Shown: positions 28,988-39,887 of the stretch, in pieces | How positions within the stretch are numbered: the first letter of the stretch is position 1 | Layout: every line of letters starts with the position of its first letter | Assembly (NCBI GenBank): GCA_051294375.1 | Contig: CM119269.1 | Location: 124,001 to 188,000, forward strand | Direction of reading: 5' to 3' | Origin: Paraspadella gotoi | Lineage: Eukaryota; Animalia; Chaetognatha | Length of the DNA stretch: 64,000 nt | Made by a program: the position numbers and the translations under genes | Notes under the pieces: generated by a model | Database searches by the model: none | What the model saw: only the letters and a program-made list of their open reading frames with translations | Told to the model about the DNA's origin: nothing

Positions 28988-29943
28988 CTCTCTTAGTCTA
29001 ACGGCTCAGCGGTCTATTTCGTAACACAAAAGTAAAACGACCAGAAGACGCGGGAGACAAAGAACAAAGAACAAGCTTTTGGATGAAGTCTCTTTCTTTC
29101 TTTCTTTCTTTCTTTTTTTCTTTCTTTTTCTCTTCTCCCTTCTCATTTTCCCTCTCCTCTTTCCGGCCCTCGTCCACGGAGGATTTTGTTAAAAGGTTAA
29201 TCGGTTCTTAATCTTTTTTTTCTTGTCCATTGAACTTTTTTTCTTTTCTTTCTTCCACTTTCTTTTTTCCTTAACTTTTCTTTCTTCCTCTATTATCTTC
29301 TTTCTTCATATTTTTCTTTCCTTCACTTTTCTTTTCATCCTTCACTTTTATTCTTTTCTTCTCTTTTTCTACTTTCTTCTAATTTTTCTTTTCCTCCACC
29401 TTCTTTTCTTTCCTCCACTTTTTTCCCTTTTCTTTCCTCCACCTACGTATCTTTTCCTCGTTATTTTCCTTCTTTTCTTTCTCTTATTTCTTCCCCTTAT
29501 AAGCTTAATTTCCGCCATTCGTCGACCGAATGGAGTTTTTTTTTTTTTAAATTTTGAAAAAAAATAGGATAGAACAATTTATCCGAGCATCGGTCTGGGT
29601 CAGTCAGTCGTTCGGGTTCGTTTTTTTTTCGGGGTTGGACAGTATGGACAAGACAGGCGGGCAGATTTCTCTCGAGATAGAGAAACAAACTGTACTTTTA
29701 AAAAGGACTTTCTCATGTATATTATTTACCATAAATATTTTTAGCTAAAGAAATAAATATTTTTCTTGAGCAAAACCAAATTTATGATTTCAATTCAAAA
29801 TATTATGCATCGAGAAAAAATGAAAAGTGAGGAAAAATGTGATTGGGGGTTTCGGCCTTCGGGACTCAAAGGGGAATTTGTCATATCTCAAACTCAGATG
29901 GTTTCATCTCTCTTCTGTCCTTCTTAACCGTCTTTTCCCTGGA

Positions 29944-30011
<68 letters not shown>

Positions 30012-30096
30012 GATACGTTGGATTGAGTATCTTCCCAGATTCATTTCTCGTATTACCGTCTTTTTTCTTACCGCTTTTTCCTGCAGCTTATTAAGC

Positions 30097-30128
<32 letters not shown>

Positions 30129-30751
30129 CTCTCTCTCTCTTCTCTCTCTCTCTCTCTCACTCTCTCTTTAGTCTCTAACGGCCCTCAGCGGATCTATTTC
30201 CGTAACACAAAGCTAAAACGACAGAAAGACGCGGGAGACAAAGAACAAAGAACAAGCTTTTGGATGAAGTCTCTTTCTTTCTTCCTTCTCTTCTTTTTTT
30301 CTTGTCTTTTTTGGGATGAATTCCTTGTCCTGGTTCTTTTTCTCTGGATAATCTTCTTCTTTCTGTCTTTCTTTCTTTCTTTCTTCTCTTTCTTTTGGCT
30401 GGAAGTCTCTTTCTTTCTTTCTTTTCTTTATTCTTTCTTTCTTCTTTCTTGTGCTTTCTGTCGTTTTCATATCTTCTCAAGTAATTTCTATCCCTTTTTC
30501 TTTTCTTTTCTTTTCTTTCTTTCTTTCTTNNNNNNNNNNNNNNNNNNNNNNNNNTCTTTCTTTCTTTCTTTCTTTCTTTTTTCTTTATTTCTTTCTCAAG
30601 TTATTTCTATCCCTTTTTTCTTTCTTTCTTTCTTTCCCTTACTCTCTTCCTCCCTGCCCCTTATAGACTTTTATGTATTTATAACTATTTAGTTAAAAAA
30701 GTCCTTTCATTCTCATTAATCCTTTTAATTCCGCCCCCCCCCCTATTTCAG

Positions 30752-30906
30752 TGCCGTGGTCAACATCCGCTTGGTTTACCTCTTCGGCCCCAAACTTGAC
30801 TGTCCTTCAATGCAGGCCTTTTCCAAAGAGTCGTCGACTGTTCGCGTTCACTGTCTCGTCGTGGGGAATCCCATGGTGCCGTGGGCCAACATCTCGTGGC
30901 AACTGG
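30752..30906 (+). CDS. Ig-superfamily receptor, exon C (start of second Ig-like domain)
   Basis: TTTCAG acceptor, GTCAGT donor at 30907; phase 2-1. AVVNIRLVYLFGPKLDCPSMQAFSKESSTVRVHCLVVGNPMVPWANISWQL parallels exon A (F-x-P-x-L-x-CP...C-x-V-x-x-NP-x-VP-x-x-NI-x-W) and joins exon B in frame. Confidence 0.85.
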
Positions 30907-31344
30907 GTCAGTTTGTTGACGCGGATGATTGCTGATTGCTTCAAAAAGCTTGGTGTTTTATCTAGGAGTATTCAGGTGGTACGTTGAAAAAAAGCTTGAT
31001 CAAATAACGGGTAAAAAAATTCTGTCGCAATCGATAAAAGTTGGCAAATTAAAAAAAAATCTATGATTGGTTCGTTTTCTAAAATCTTAGTGCTGATTGG
31101 CTAAAATAAGGATTACTAAATTTTTCATCGGAACGAAGTAGTAATTATTTAGTAACGACAAAGAAAGGGAAATATCCCTGATGTATATAAAACTAAATCA
31201 AGGGGATAAATTGAGGACTTTGTGTCTAATTAGATCCTGATCCCTTTTCTTCTTTCTTCTTTCTTCTTTCTTCTTTCATCCTCTGATTCCATTATTCTCC
31301 TATTTTCTCTAATCTTTCTTCCTCCCATCTACTATTTTATCTCC

Positions 31345-31880
31345 TGTCCTATCCCCTATCTCTTTTTCCCTAACCCAAATCCCTTATCCCCTATCCCCTT
31401 TCTCCTATCCCCTATCTCCTATCCTCTATCCCTTATCACCTATCCCCTATCTCTTATCACCTATCCCTTATCACCTATCCCACATCCCTTATCCCATATC
31501 CCCTAATCCTCTATAATATGAGCTATCCCTATAACCTATAGCCTATCTTCCCTATCCCTTTTCACCATTCCCTATCCCTTATCACCTATCCCCTAACTCT
31601 TATCCCCTATCCAATAACCCCTATCCCTCATCATCTATCCCCTCACTCCTATTCTCCTATCCCCTATCCCTTATCTATCACCTATCCCAATCCCTTATCA
31701 CCCATTCCCACTTTATCCCCTTTCTCCTAATCCCTTATCCCCTATCCCTATCCCTTATCGCCCATTATCTCCCTATATCACCTGGTATCCCCTATCCCCT
31801 ATCCCCTATTGTTTATTCCTATGCCGCTATATCTCCTATCCCTATCCCCTATGGCCCTATCCCCTATTCCTAACCTATAC
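31345..31880. repeat. Degenerate (CCCTAT)n/(ATAGGG)n satellite in the intron between exons C and D
   Basis: About 530 bp of CCCTAT/CCCTTAT/CCCCTAT variants; opposite-strand copies at about 8650-9150, 18230-18750 and 27130-27680. Confidence 0.9.
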
Positions 31881-31894
31881 CCTTTCTCATCCAG

Positions 31895-32103
31895 GCGACC
31901 AAATGGGAACGATCTACTCTTTAGCCCACATGAACTACACCAAATTCGCTCACAAGAGTCTCTACCATCACGTGCGCAAAATAAAGAACGGAGTTGAACT
32001 CACCCTCATAGCGTCCAAATCTTTGCTCAAACCTTCGTCGAGAGTCAAAAAGGGATACATGGTGTCTCTCATCGTTAGAGGAAGACACAAGAGTGTCAGG
32101 AAG
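31895..32103 (+). CDS. Ig-superfamily receptor, exon D
   Basis: CATCCAG acceptor, GTAAGA donor at 32104; phase 1-0. GDQMGTIYSLAHMNYTKF...NGVELTLIASKSLL...YMVSLIVRGRHKSVRK, with an NYT sequon. Confidence 0.85.
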
Positions 32104-32117
32104 GTAAGAAGACTTTG

Positions 32118-32164
<47 letters not shown>

Positions 32165-32257
32165 ATCTTCTTTTCTCAAATTTATTTCATCTCTTGTCCC
32201 ACCTATTACCCCACTCACTCCTGAAATCACTCCCGCTACCCCTTCCACACCCCAAAG

Positions 32258-32390
32258 GTGGTGAGCCTGTCCCCAGAAAGCAAAGTGGCAGTGGTCAAGT
32301 GGCATCCAGTTGCCACTGGTGCCATAGAAGGAACTAAAGGCAGCAACGTACAAACGGCGCATATAGAAGGGAATCAGATTCACGCCGTTG
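32258..32390 (+). CDS. Ig-superfamily receptor, exon E (juxtamembrane stalk)
   Basis: CAAAG acceptor, GTGAGT donor at 32391; phase 0-1; VVSLSPESKVAVVKWHPVATGAIEGTKGSNVQTAHIEGNQIHAV. Confidence 0.8.
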
Positions 32391-32538
32391 GTGAGTAGTT
32401 GTTGTTGTTGTTGTTGTTTTTGTTTGTGTAGTTGTTGTCAGACGATTTGTTTAAAAGCTTAATTATATTAATTATAAATAGTGTAGAGAGTGAAACCGAA
32501 AAGAGTTCGTTCGGCTTGTCAAATAGCGAATTTTATTT

Positions 32539-32603
32539 TTATTAAATGTACATGTTTCGACTCTTAGTTTTTTGCGAGTCTTCATCAGCAAGTGAATTCA
32601 ATA
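32539..32603 (-). ncRNA. Type I hammerhead ribozyme motif in the PLE pLTR
   Basis: Minus strand: TATTGA-attcact-TG-CTGATGA-A-GACTC-gcaaaaaactaa-GAGTC-GAAA-CATG-TA-CA...TTAATA. Conserved core, stem II GACTC/GAGTC, palindromic ACATGT mini stem III, GUA cleavage triplet. Recopied at about 7930-7990, 17505-17567 and 26335-26382. Confidence 0.8.
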
Positions 32604-32628
32604 GACCAAAATTTTTAACAATTAGTTT

Positions 32629-32659
<31 letters not shown>

Positions 32660-32751
32660 TTCAACAAAGAATTGAGCAAGGATAGTGGTCAGATGTGAGG
32701 ACAGTGAAAGTAGGAAAGAGAGAGTAAATGATTTTTGAAATTGGTGAAAAG

Positions 32752-32782
<31 letters not shown>

Positions 32783-32974
32783 CACAGGGATCAATACATT
32801 AGGCAATGTACAACAGTGAAAAATTTTTAGAAAAACTAAATATTTAACAAAAGTAATAATAAATTAATTGTTAGCTTGAGATGATTGTTAGTAAGAGAAA
32901 ATGAAATAGAAGAATAAGTGATGAGGGATAGATAAGTTAAAGATAAGTGAAATAGTAAGGAAGAAAAAGAGCTC

Positions 32975-34934
32975 AAAAATGAGCCGCCCCCCCCCAGCCG
33001 GGCAAACGCGGGACGCCAACGCTGCAGTCGGGTCACTGGCCTGTCATAGGCTGAGACGATACTGTGGGGAATGGGACAGGGCTGGATCGGCAATGATCCG
33101 GCCGGAAAAATGCCCAGCGCCACTCGAATATCTCTCTGACCTGATAGGCCTGCCGAAGGCCCTCCTCTCACCTGACGGTGAGGTGGGCGATTGCCTGTTC
33201 GGGCCTGTTTGGGACAGGTGATACAGACTCCTCTCCCTCCTCTTGTAGCGTCGTCGTTTGGGCGACGCTCACGACACGAGAGAGAGTCGCGCCAAGTTGC
33301 TGCAAGCTCGGTTGAGGCATCGGACGTCCATTGCCTGCTGAGAGGCCTCCGCCTGACCCGTTGAGTGAGGACAGGGGAATCACCGTGCGGCTGAGGTGGC
33401 GTTGGGTGCTCCACCACAGTTTTGATAAGCGAATCATAGCTTGGAGGGAGTCTCGAATCGTCCTCCATCACGGTTCAAAGGGGTTCGAGTGCCTGATGTA
33501 AATTGCCTCTCTAATACCTCTTGAGAACCATTTTGGTCATGGGACAGACGAGACAGTCTTCTTCTCTGAACAGATGTCCATAGTTGTTGCGTGTTCTGCA
33601 ACTGCGACAGATAGTGCCCTCTAGAATCGCGACATAGGGCTTGATATGTTGTTGGAACCTATCTGATAGAGACTTTCCTGTCTCGCCCACGTATGCTGCT
33701 GTGCAGGGTTGGTTGCCCGCTCCTGCACAGGCCGCCCAATAGACGGCTCCTGATGTTTTCGGTCTGGGGATTTTGTCTTTCGGTTTCACCAATTGCTTCA
33801 CGTAAAGAGCCGCGGTCGTCACTGAACTGGAGATCCCCTGCTTTGCCAGCACCCGCACCAATGATTCAGTGATCCCCTGGTGGTAGGGGAGGGACAAGTG
33901 ACCCAGCGTTCTTGAGACGCTTCTGTCTATCTCCCACTTGCGCTGTGTGTGGCGCGGTCGGGTCCTTCAACAGCAGGGTCTCGTTCGCCCTCCTGGGGGG
34001 TGGAGATTGACACTTGCCAGTCAGCGTTGGACAGCCCTTGGTGGCCACTGTCCTCAGCCAAGTTCTGCCGAAACCTGGCCTTCTCGAACGCCCACAGAGG
34101 GTAACCATTGATCGCCAGGGCTCTTTTGATATGCTCAAGCTCGGCGACCTGAAGCTCGGGGGTCGACGGAATCAGCTGAGCTCTCCTGGTAAGGGACTGA
34201 CCGTGGCCAGCTTATGCGACAAGGGAGATGCGAATCAAAGGGAATATACTGGTCAGTGTGGGTCGGTTTGCGATATATTGAAAAATTCCAATGAGCCGCC
34301 CTCTTTGCGCTTTATAAGCACATCGAGCATTGGAATTTGACCATTCACCTCCTTTTCACATGTCCACTTGATGCTAGCTTTCTATGCCATTCAGGTGTGT
34401 CAATAATGTCTCAATGAGATCTTGCGCACGGCCAGGATGGTATTGTCTGCGCTTTCCGATACCAGAAGAGGACTGACTCTGCCCCATGCAGGGATCGAAA
34501 AGATTCCAAAGCTTCCACCTCATAGTCCTCCATATAAAAATCTGCCAGAGGACTCGAGGTTGATTTGCCCATCCCTAAGCCACCAGGCTGGGCATAGTAT
34601 CGTCCATTGAACCTGAAGTACGCCAGTTCCAGGTCCAGTCGCAGCGAGTGCCATGATATCCTCCACTTGGATTGGCGTACGCTCGTGCAATGACCGGTCT
34701 CCTCTCAGGCGGCGCTCTGCTGAAATTAGCGCCAGTCCCTGGGGATGTTTGTAAACATACTCTGTAAATCGCACGAACCAAGAGATGGGTATCAGGCACT
34801 GTGATATGCTGCAACTTTTCTGTCAGATCAAGAGAAATTTCTGAGGTGGTGTTGGTTTCCGACAAGAGGAGTGAGAATTGCGAATCCCCCAACTCCTTCG
34901 TCATTCCATTAAAAATGGAATTGTGGGCAGACAC
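32975..34934 (-). pseudogene. PLE polyprotein: reverse transcriptase (from motif 2) + GIY-YIG endonuclease, frameshifted in this assembly
   Basis: Stitched frames give D..SMFTNIP, YFRFNGRYYAQPGGLGMG, SPLADFYME, FWYRKADNT, IPMLDVLI, IYRKPTHTDQY, LPYHQGITE, KPKDKIP, GAVY..C....C.AAYVGETGKSLSDRFQQH, REAIYI..LNRDGG. These are typical PLE RT and GIY-YIG motifs. Confidence 0.9.
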
Positions 34935-35173
34935 AAAAAAAAAAAATAAAATTGCTATTACAACGAATTTTTCGTTTCATCTCTAACTATTCTAAATAGC
35001 AAAAAAGAAAGTCAAAATACAATGTCTACCTAATTATAAATACAAATAAAGCATATTTTTTATATTATTACTTAGATCCTAAAAGCTTTCGTTTTTTTAA
35101 TCAATCAGTCAGTTAAGCAATTCACAAAACGATTATTTAATCAAGCAATTGTAGTCGGGCATTGATATAAGTT

Positions 35174-35415
35174 CACAATGACACACAATGACACACAATG
35201 ACACCCTCAGTCTTGACCTGGTGGATCATTGAGTAATACCATCGGCTCACGACCATTAGGTCCCCAATGATACCAACCCGGCGGGAAGCGGTAAAACGGT
35301 CTTAAACCGCCTTGGGGGTGTGGAAAACTCTCAAGCCCGGTTCCAAGTCCAAGACGCGTTCCATGGCTGGTTGAGGGGGTTGAAGAAGTTACGCATTGCA
35401 CTCTTCAGCACACTT
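35174..35415 (-). mobile_element. SINE or non-LTR 3' end with tandem-repeat tail
   Basis: GC-richer island; minus strand ends ...ACTCAATGATCCACCAGGTCAAGACTGAGGGTGT-(CATTGTGTGT)x~3. Noisy related copies at about 61810-62030 (same orientation) and 62290-62500 (opposite). Confidence 0.55.
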
Positions 35416-35452
35416 AGCATACTTATCCACACAATCACTCCTCTCCCTCCAG

Positions 35453-35630
35453 ACGACGTGGGCGCGACCGAGATCACCATCGTCTGCATCATCGTTCTCA
35501 TTCTTCTTCTTCTCTGCGTCATCTCACTCGTCCTCTGCAAGAAACAGGGGATGTGCCCCGTCGTCGCCGCAGCCCGTAGAACGACGCGGACGCCGCTGCA
35601 AACTCAGAATCCTGACTACGCCTCTCACAG
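35453..35630 (+). CDS. Ig-superfamily receptor, exon F (transmembrane helix + NPDY)
   Basis: CCTCCAG acceptor, GTTGGA donor at 35631; phase 1-2. DDVGATEITIVCIIVLILLLLCVISLVLCKKQG...QNPDYASH: hydrophobic helix followed by KK stop-transfer. Confidence 0.85.
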
Positions 35631-35634
35631 GTTG

Positions 35635-35672
<38 letters not shown>

Positions 35673-35706
35673 TCTACAACGCTCCACTCTATCCCCCTTT
35701 TACCAG

Positions 35707-35859
35707 CGACGCCATTGCAATGTCCATGTGGAATTTGCACGGGGTCCACGCCTCTAACTCTGCTGCAAGACAACATCATCACAATTCGCTCAAATCTCCA
35801 ATCATCGCATCTCATCTCATTTATGAGAATAACCCGATTCTGCAGACCGACCCTCAGAG
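35707..35859 (+). CDS. Ig-superfamily receptor, exon G (cytoplasmic)
   Basis: TTTTACCAG acceptor, GTAAGT donor at 35860; 153 nt, phase 2-2; DAIAMSMWNLHG...SHLIYENNPILQTDPQ. Confidence 0.8.
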
Positions 35860-36441
35860 GTAAGTTAGATAGCGCTCTCTCTCTCTCTCTCTCTCTTATT
35901 TATGAGAATAACCCGATTCTGCAGACCGACCCTCAATAGGTAAGTTAGATAGGCACTCTCTCTCCTTGCTCTTCTTGGCTCTCGTCGGTCTGTCGTACGT
36001 CTCTCGTTATTTATGAGAATAACCCGATTCTGCAGACCAACCTCAGAGGTAAGTTAGATTAGCGCCCACTCTCTTCTCTCTCTCTCTTCTCTCTTATTTA
36101 TGAGAATAACCCGATTCTGCAGACCAACCACTCCTCAGAGGTAGGTTAGTTTGCGCTCCTCTCTCTCTCTTCTCTCTCGCTCTCTTATTTATGAGAATAA
36201 CCCGATTCTGCAGACCGACCCTCAGAAGGTAAATTAGATAGCACTCTCTCTCTTGCTCTCCTCCTCTCTCTCTCTTTCCCTTCTCTCTCTTATTTATGAG
36301 AATAACCCGATTCTGCAGACCGACCCTCAGAGGTAAGTTAGATAGCACTTGCTCTCCTCTCTCTCTCTCTCTCTTCTCTCCTCCCTAATTTATGAGAATA
36401 ACCCGATTCTGCAGACCGACCCTCAGAGGTAAGTTAGATAG

Positions 36442-36442
<1 letters not shown>
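35817..36442 (+). repeat. Seven tandem copies of the exon G 3' end + splice donor, separated by (CT)n
   Basis: ATTTATGAGAATAACCCGATTCTGCAGACCGACCCTCAGAGGTAAGTTAGATAGC at the native site and near 35896, 36007, 36094, 36185, 36290 and 36387. Confidence 0.9.
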
Positions 36443-36494
<52 letters not shown>

Positions 36495-36612
36495 TTCTCT
36501 ACTTCTCTTGACCGAACCTCAATACTATTAACCTTTGAACTGACGAGTCTGAACAATTCACCATTTTATCGGCCTCTAAATTTTGTATGACTATTTGTCG
36601 AATCATCGCCTG

Positions 36613-36646
<34 letters not shown>

Positions 36647-36651
36647 ACCAG

Positions 36652-36784
36652 GGGCGTTCCGATGTGCCAGGGCAACGGGATGGACAACGCCGTAATTCCC
36701 TTGACTGACTTTTCTTCCCGCGCGGCGACGCTTCAACAGACTTACCAAAACACTTACCAGGGCGGCCTCCTCGTCGATGGCTGA
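36652..36784 (+). CDS. Ig-superfamily receptor, terminal exon H
   Basis: (CT)n-CACCAG acceptor; phase 2; GVPMCQGNGMDNAVIPLTDFSSRAATLQQTYQNTYQGGLLVDG-TGA. Confidence 0.8.
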
Positions 36785-36848
36785 GATTCGCACGTCATCT
36801 GGCGACGACGCGCGACAACCCTACTTCAGTCAACAAAAGAACATTCCA

Positions 36849-36854
36849 AATAAA
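36849..36854 (+). promoter_or_regulatory. Candidate polyadenylation signal of the Ig receptor gene
   Basis: AATAAA 65 nt after the stop codon, followed by T-rich sequence. Confidence 0.45.
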
Positions 36855-38095
36855 ATTTAATTTCTTTTTCTCTTTTTGTAGCAGTTTTATTATTCTTTAG
36901 GAATATTCTTGAGTTCATCGAGAGGGCCGATATCTGCATAATTTATAAATATATGTTAAATTAATTGATTATTAAGCTCAGTCAATTTCAAGATAAGACG
37001 TGATGTCGATTTTAATTGAATTGTATTTTTTTGTATTATTGTTTTCCTGTTTTGATTGTAGACTATTTATTTTGTCTCGATTGAGGGATTAAAAAAGTTT
37101 TTTTAGTTAAAACCATTTAAAACGTGTGAAAATTCGGAAGTAAAAAGATTTAAACATAAAATGTAATTTTTAAAATAACCAAAAAATAAAAGTCAAAAGA
37201 GTGAGAATATAATTTCAAGTTTGGAGATTCTCAAATTCTATTTAAGATTAAGAAGAAAATATATTCAAATTTCGTTTTTGTCAGTTTACACGTAGTTTTA
37301 ACTATTATTCTTTACGATTATGTACTTATTATAAACTTTTTTTAGGATTTTCGTTTAATATTTTTTATTTGTTTTATGTCAGTTTATTTTCCTTTGTTTT
37401 TATGTTTTTGTTTGTATGATTTTGTTTTGTTTCAAGTTTCTAGTTTTGTTTTGGCCGGAAAGTAAACACGAGACCCGAATTCTCTCAAAGCGAAACTTGA
37501 TCCGCAGGACGTGCGGTGCCGCGCCAAGTACTGCTTTGCGGTGCTCTGATGGGATTAGCGGCGCTGTTTTAAGCTTTACGGTGCTCTAGGCTTTCTGGTG
37601 CTTTTTTTTAAGTATTTTTAATATTTTAGTTCTGTTGCGGGCCGATATCTAAAATATTACTTCTCAACTTTATCAAATTCGTAAAAATTGCCTAGAATTA
37701 GTTATATTTGCACAAATAAATACGACATTATAAAATAATTTGGAAAATTAAATATAATTACTTTGAAAAGACGTTTATGCTCATTTAGATTAAAAGTGAT
37801 AAATAAACATTCGACTCAAAGAAATCATCCCAAAATTGTTGTTGTTATACTTGTATCTTAATTTAAAAGATGTCTATTCGTATTGAGTCTCTAATACATT
37901 CTTTTTTTCTTTTCTTCTAAAATTATAAATGTTAGTCAGTTTTTCTGACAGCTTCTACATACGATTTATTTTATATTAGCTGATTATCTAGTTACAAGTT
38001 TATCATACAAGCGTTGATGTTAAGTGTAATCCAGTTCTTGAGGAAAGAAACTAATAGTTGAGACAAAGGCTTTCATCTCTCTCTTAACGCTTTTC

Positions 38096-38151
<56 letters not shown>

Positions 38152-39740
38152 TTTCATCTTTTATATTTCCCGTGTTTCATATCTCATTCACTCAAAGGAA
38201 GGAGAGAACTCGACCAAACCCTGAGGGAAGAGGAGGAGGAGGAGGAGGAGGAAGAGGAAGAGGAGGAGCGAGAGAAAAAAGGTAGAAAAAAAAAGAAAGA
38301 TATAGAAATAAGGAAAAGACAAATAAAGAGAAGAAGAGATAAGAGAAAAAACTGAAATGCAGGAAAGAGAAAAAAGAGGAGAATATAAGAGAGAAGAATA
38401 ATAGAATAAAAACAAAGAAATTAAAAAGGAGAAACTGTTAATGAAAACAAACATTGATAAGGAGAAGAAAAAAAATGAAATAATATTAATAAATGTAAAT
38501 ATGAAAAGGAATGAATGACATAAGTAAATATAATAAAAAAAGGGAATTAGATTAGTGAAAATAGAAAGAAAAGAAAATTGAATGAACTAAGTGAAGGAAG
38601 CCAAAGAAAGAGAGGGAAAGGGAAGGAGAGAGAAGAAAGGATGAAAAGAGAAGAGAAGAAAAGAAAAGAGAAGAGAGGTAAAGGAAAAAGAGGAGAAAAG
38701 AGAAGAAAAGAAAAGGAAAAAAAGGAAAGAGAAGAAAGAAAATGAAAAAAAACAAAGAGAAGGAAAGAAAAGAAAAGAAAAGGAAAGGAAAATAAAGAGA
38801 AGGAAAAAAAGAGAAGAAAGAGAATATAGAAAAGAAAAGGAAAGAAAAGAAAAGAAAAGAAAAGAAAAGAAAAGAAAAGAAAAGAGAAAGAAAGAATGAT
38901 AAGGGAGTAAACTGAAATTGAAAGAAACTGAGACAGAAGAAGATAAAAAGCGACATTGAAAAATGATTTTTCCGAAGGCAACAGAAACAAACAAAAAAAT
39001 GGAAAAGAAAAAAGAAAGAAAGAAAGAAAGAAAGAAACTTCCCATAGAACAGGACAGTTTAGAGAGTGTCAAATACATATACCTTGGCATAAACATTAGT
39101 CAAATTGTTTATATTATTACTTTTGAAAGGATAAAAGAGCTTAAAATATAAAATACAACGGCTAAAGTTTTTTTAGTTTTTAGAATAAAATTTAACGTTA
39201 TATTTTTATGAATGCTAGATATTTTTTTTAAAGTTTAGCAAACCTTACAATTTTAAAGGTAAATTAAGTAAAGTGATCTGTCTTATAAAAATGTCTGTTT
39301 TAGGAACACCCTAACGAAGAAAAGAGAGAGATAAACAGAAGGCGCCTCTGGTTCTCCACTTCGACGGAGGAAACAAAAAACAAAAGTAAATCATATATGA
39401 AAAAAAGGGAATCGCACAAAATATTTATATTATATACAACATATAAGAAAATGGAAAATATACAAATACTCTCAAGATAAAAAACATGAGATTCATATGA
39501 CTCAAATACCATAAATACCCAGCAAACAAAAAACTGCGAGGGCAAAAATGCTCTAAATATTCTAACTGCTTTAAAAGTTCTAAATACTCTAAATAAACTA
39601 AATGCTAGACTCTGCTCAAAATAGTCAGTTCAAAATACATGAAATGGTTTAAATATGAATGGAATAGATAGCTTATTTAACATTTGAATGGATAATTTTT
39701 ATATTGGTTGTACCAATTTCATACAAATCAAACATAAAAG

Positions 39741-39775
<35 letters not shown>

Positions 39776-39838
39776 CTTTTTCACATATTTTACGAGTTCT
39801 CTTTATCTTTGACCCAATCTCGACACAAAAACCGTCAA

Positions 39839-39887
<49 letters not shown>

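Larger units (their letters stand above)
6024..30529. repeat. Block of direct and inverted recopies of the exon C-E/PLE locus and neighbouring repeats
   Basis: 6024-10400, 17330-~19900 and 24649-28980 each match the reverse complement of part of 30000-34465 and include antisense copies of exons C, D and E. 7740-12760 recurs at 17330-22290; 23790-24600 recurs at 29120-29950; 11130-17140 is a fold-back centred near 14290. Confidence 0.9.
32477..34991 (-). mobile_element. Penelope-like element (PLE), 5'-truncated, antisense in the intron between exons E and F
   Basis: RT + GIY-YIG coding region, 3' pLTR with hammerhead motif, and a ~57-bp inverted copy of the element's 3' terminus (34935-34991) capping the truncated 5' end. 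Confidence 0.9.

Noticed and set aside
35817-36442. CRISPR-like repeat-spacer look (also 12730-13222)
   Set aside because: Spacers are CT microsatellite rather than unique sequence, the 35.8 kb repeat is a host exon end, there are no cas genes, and the context is eukaryotic.
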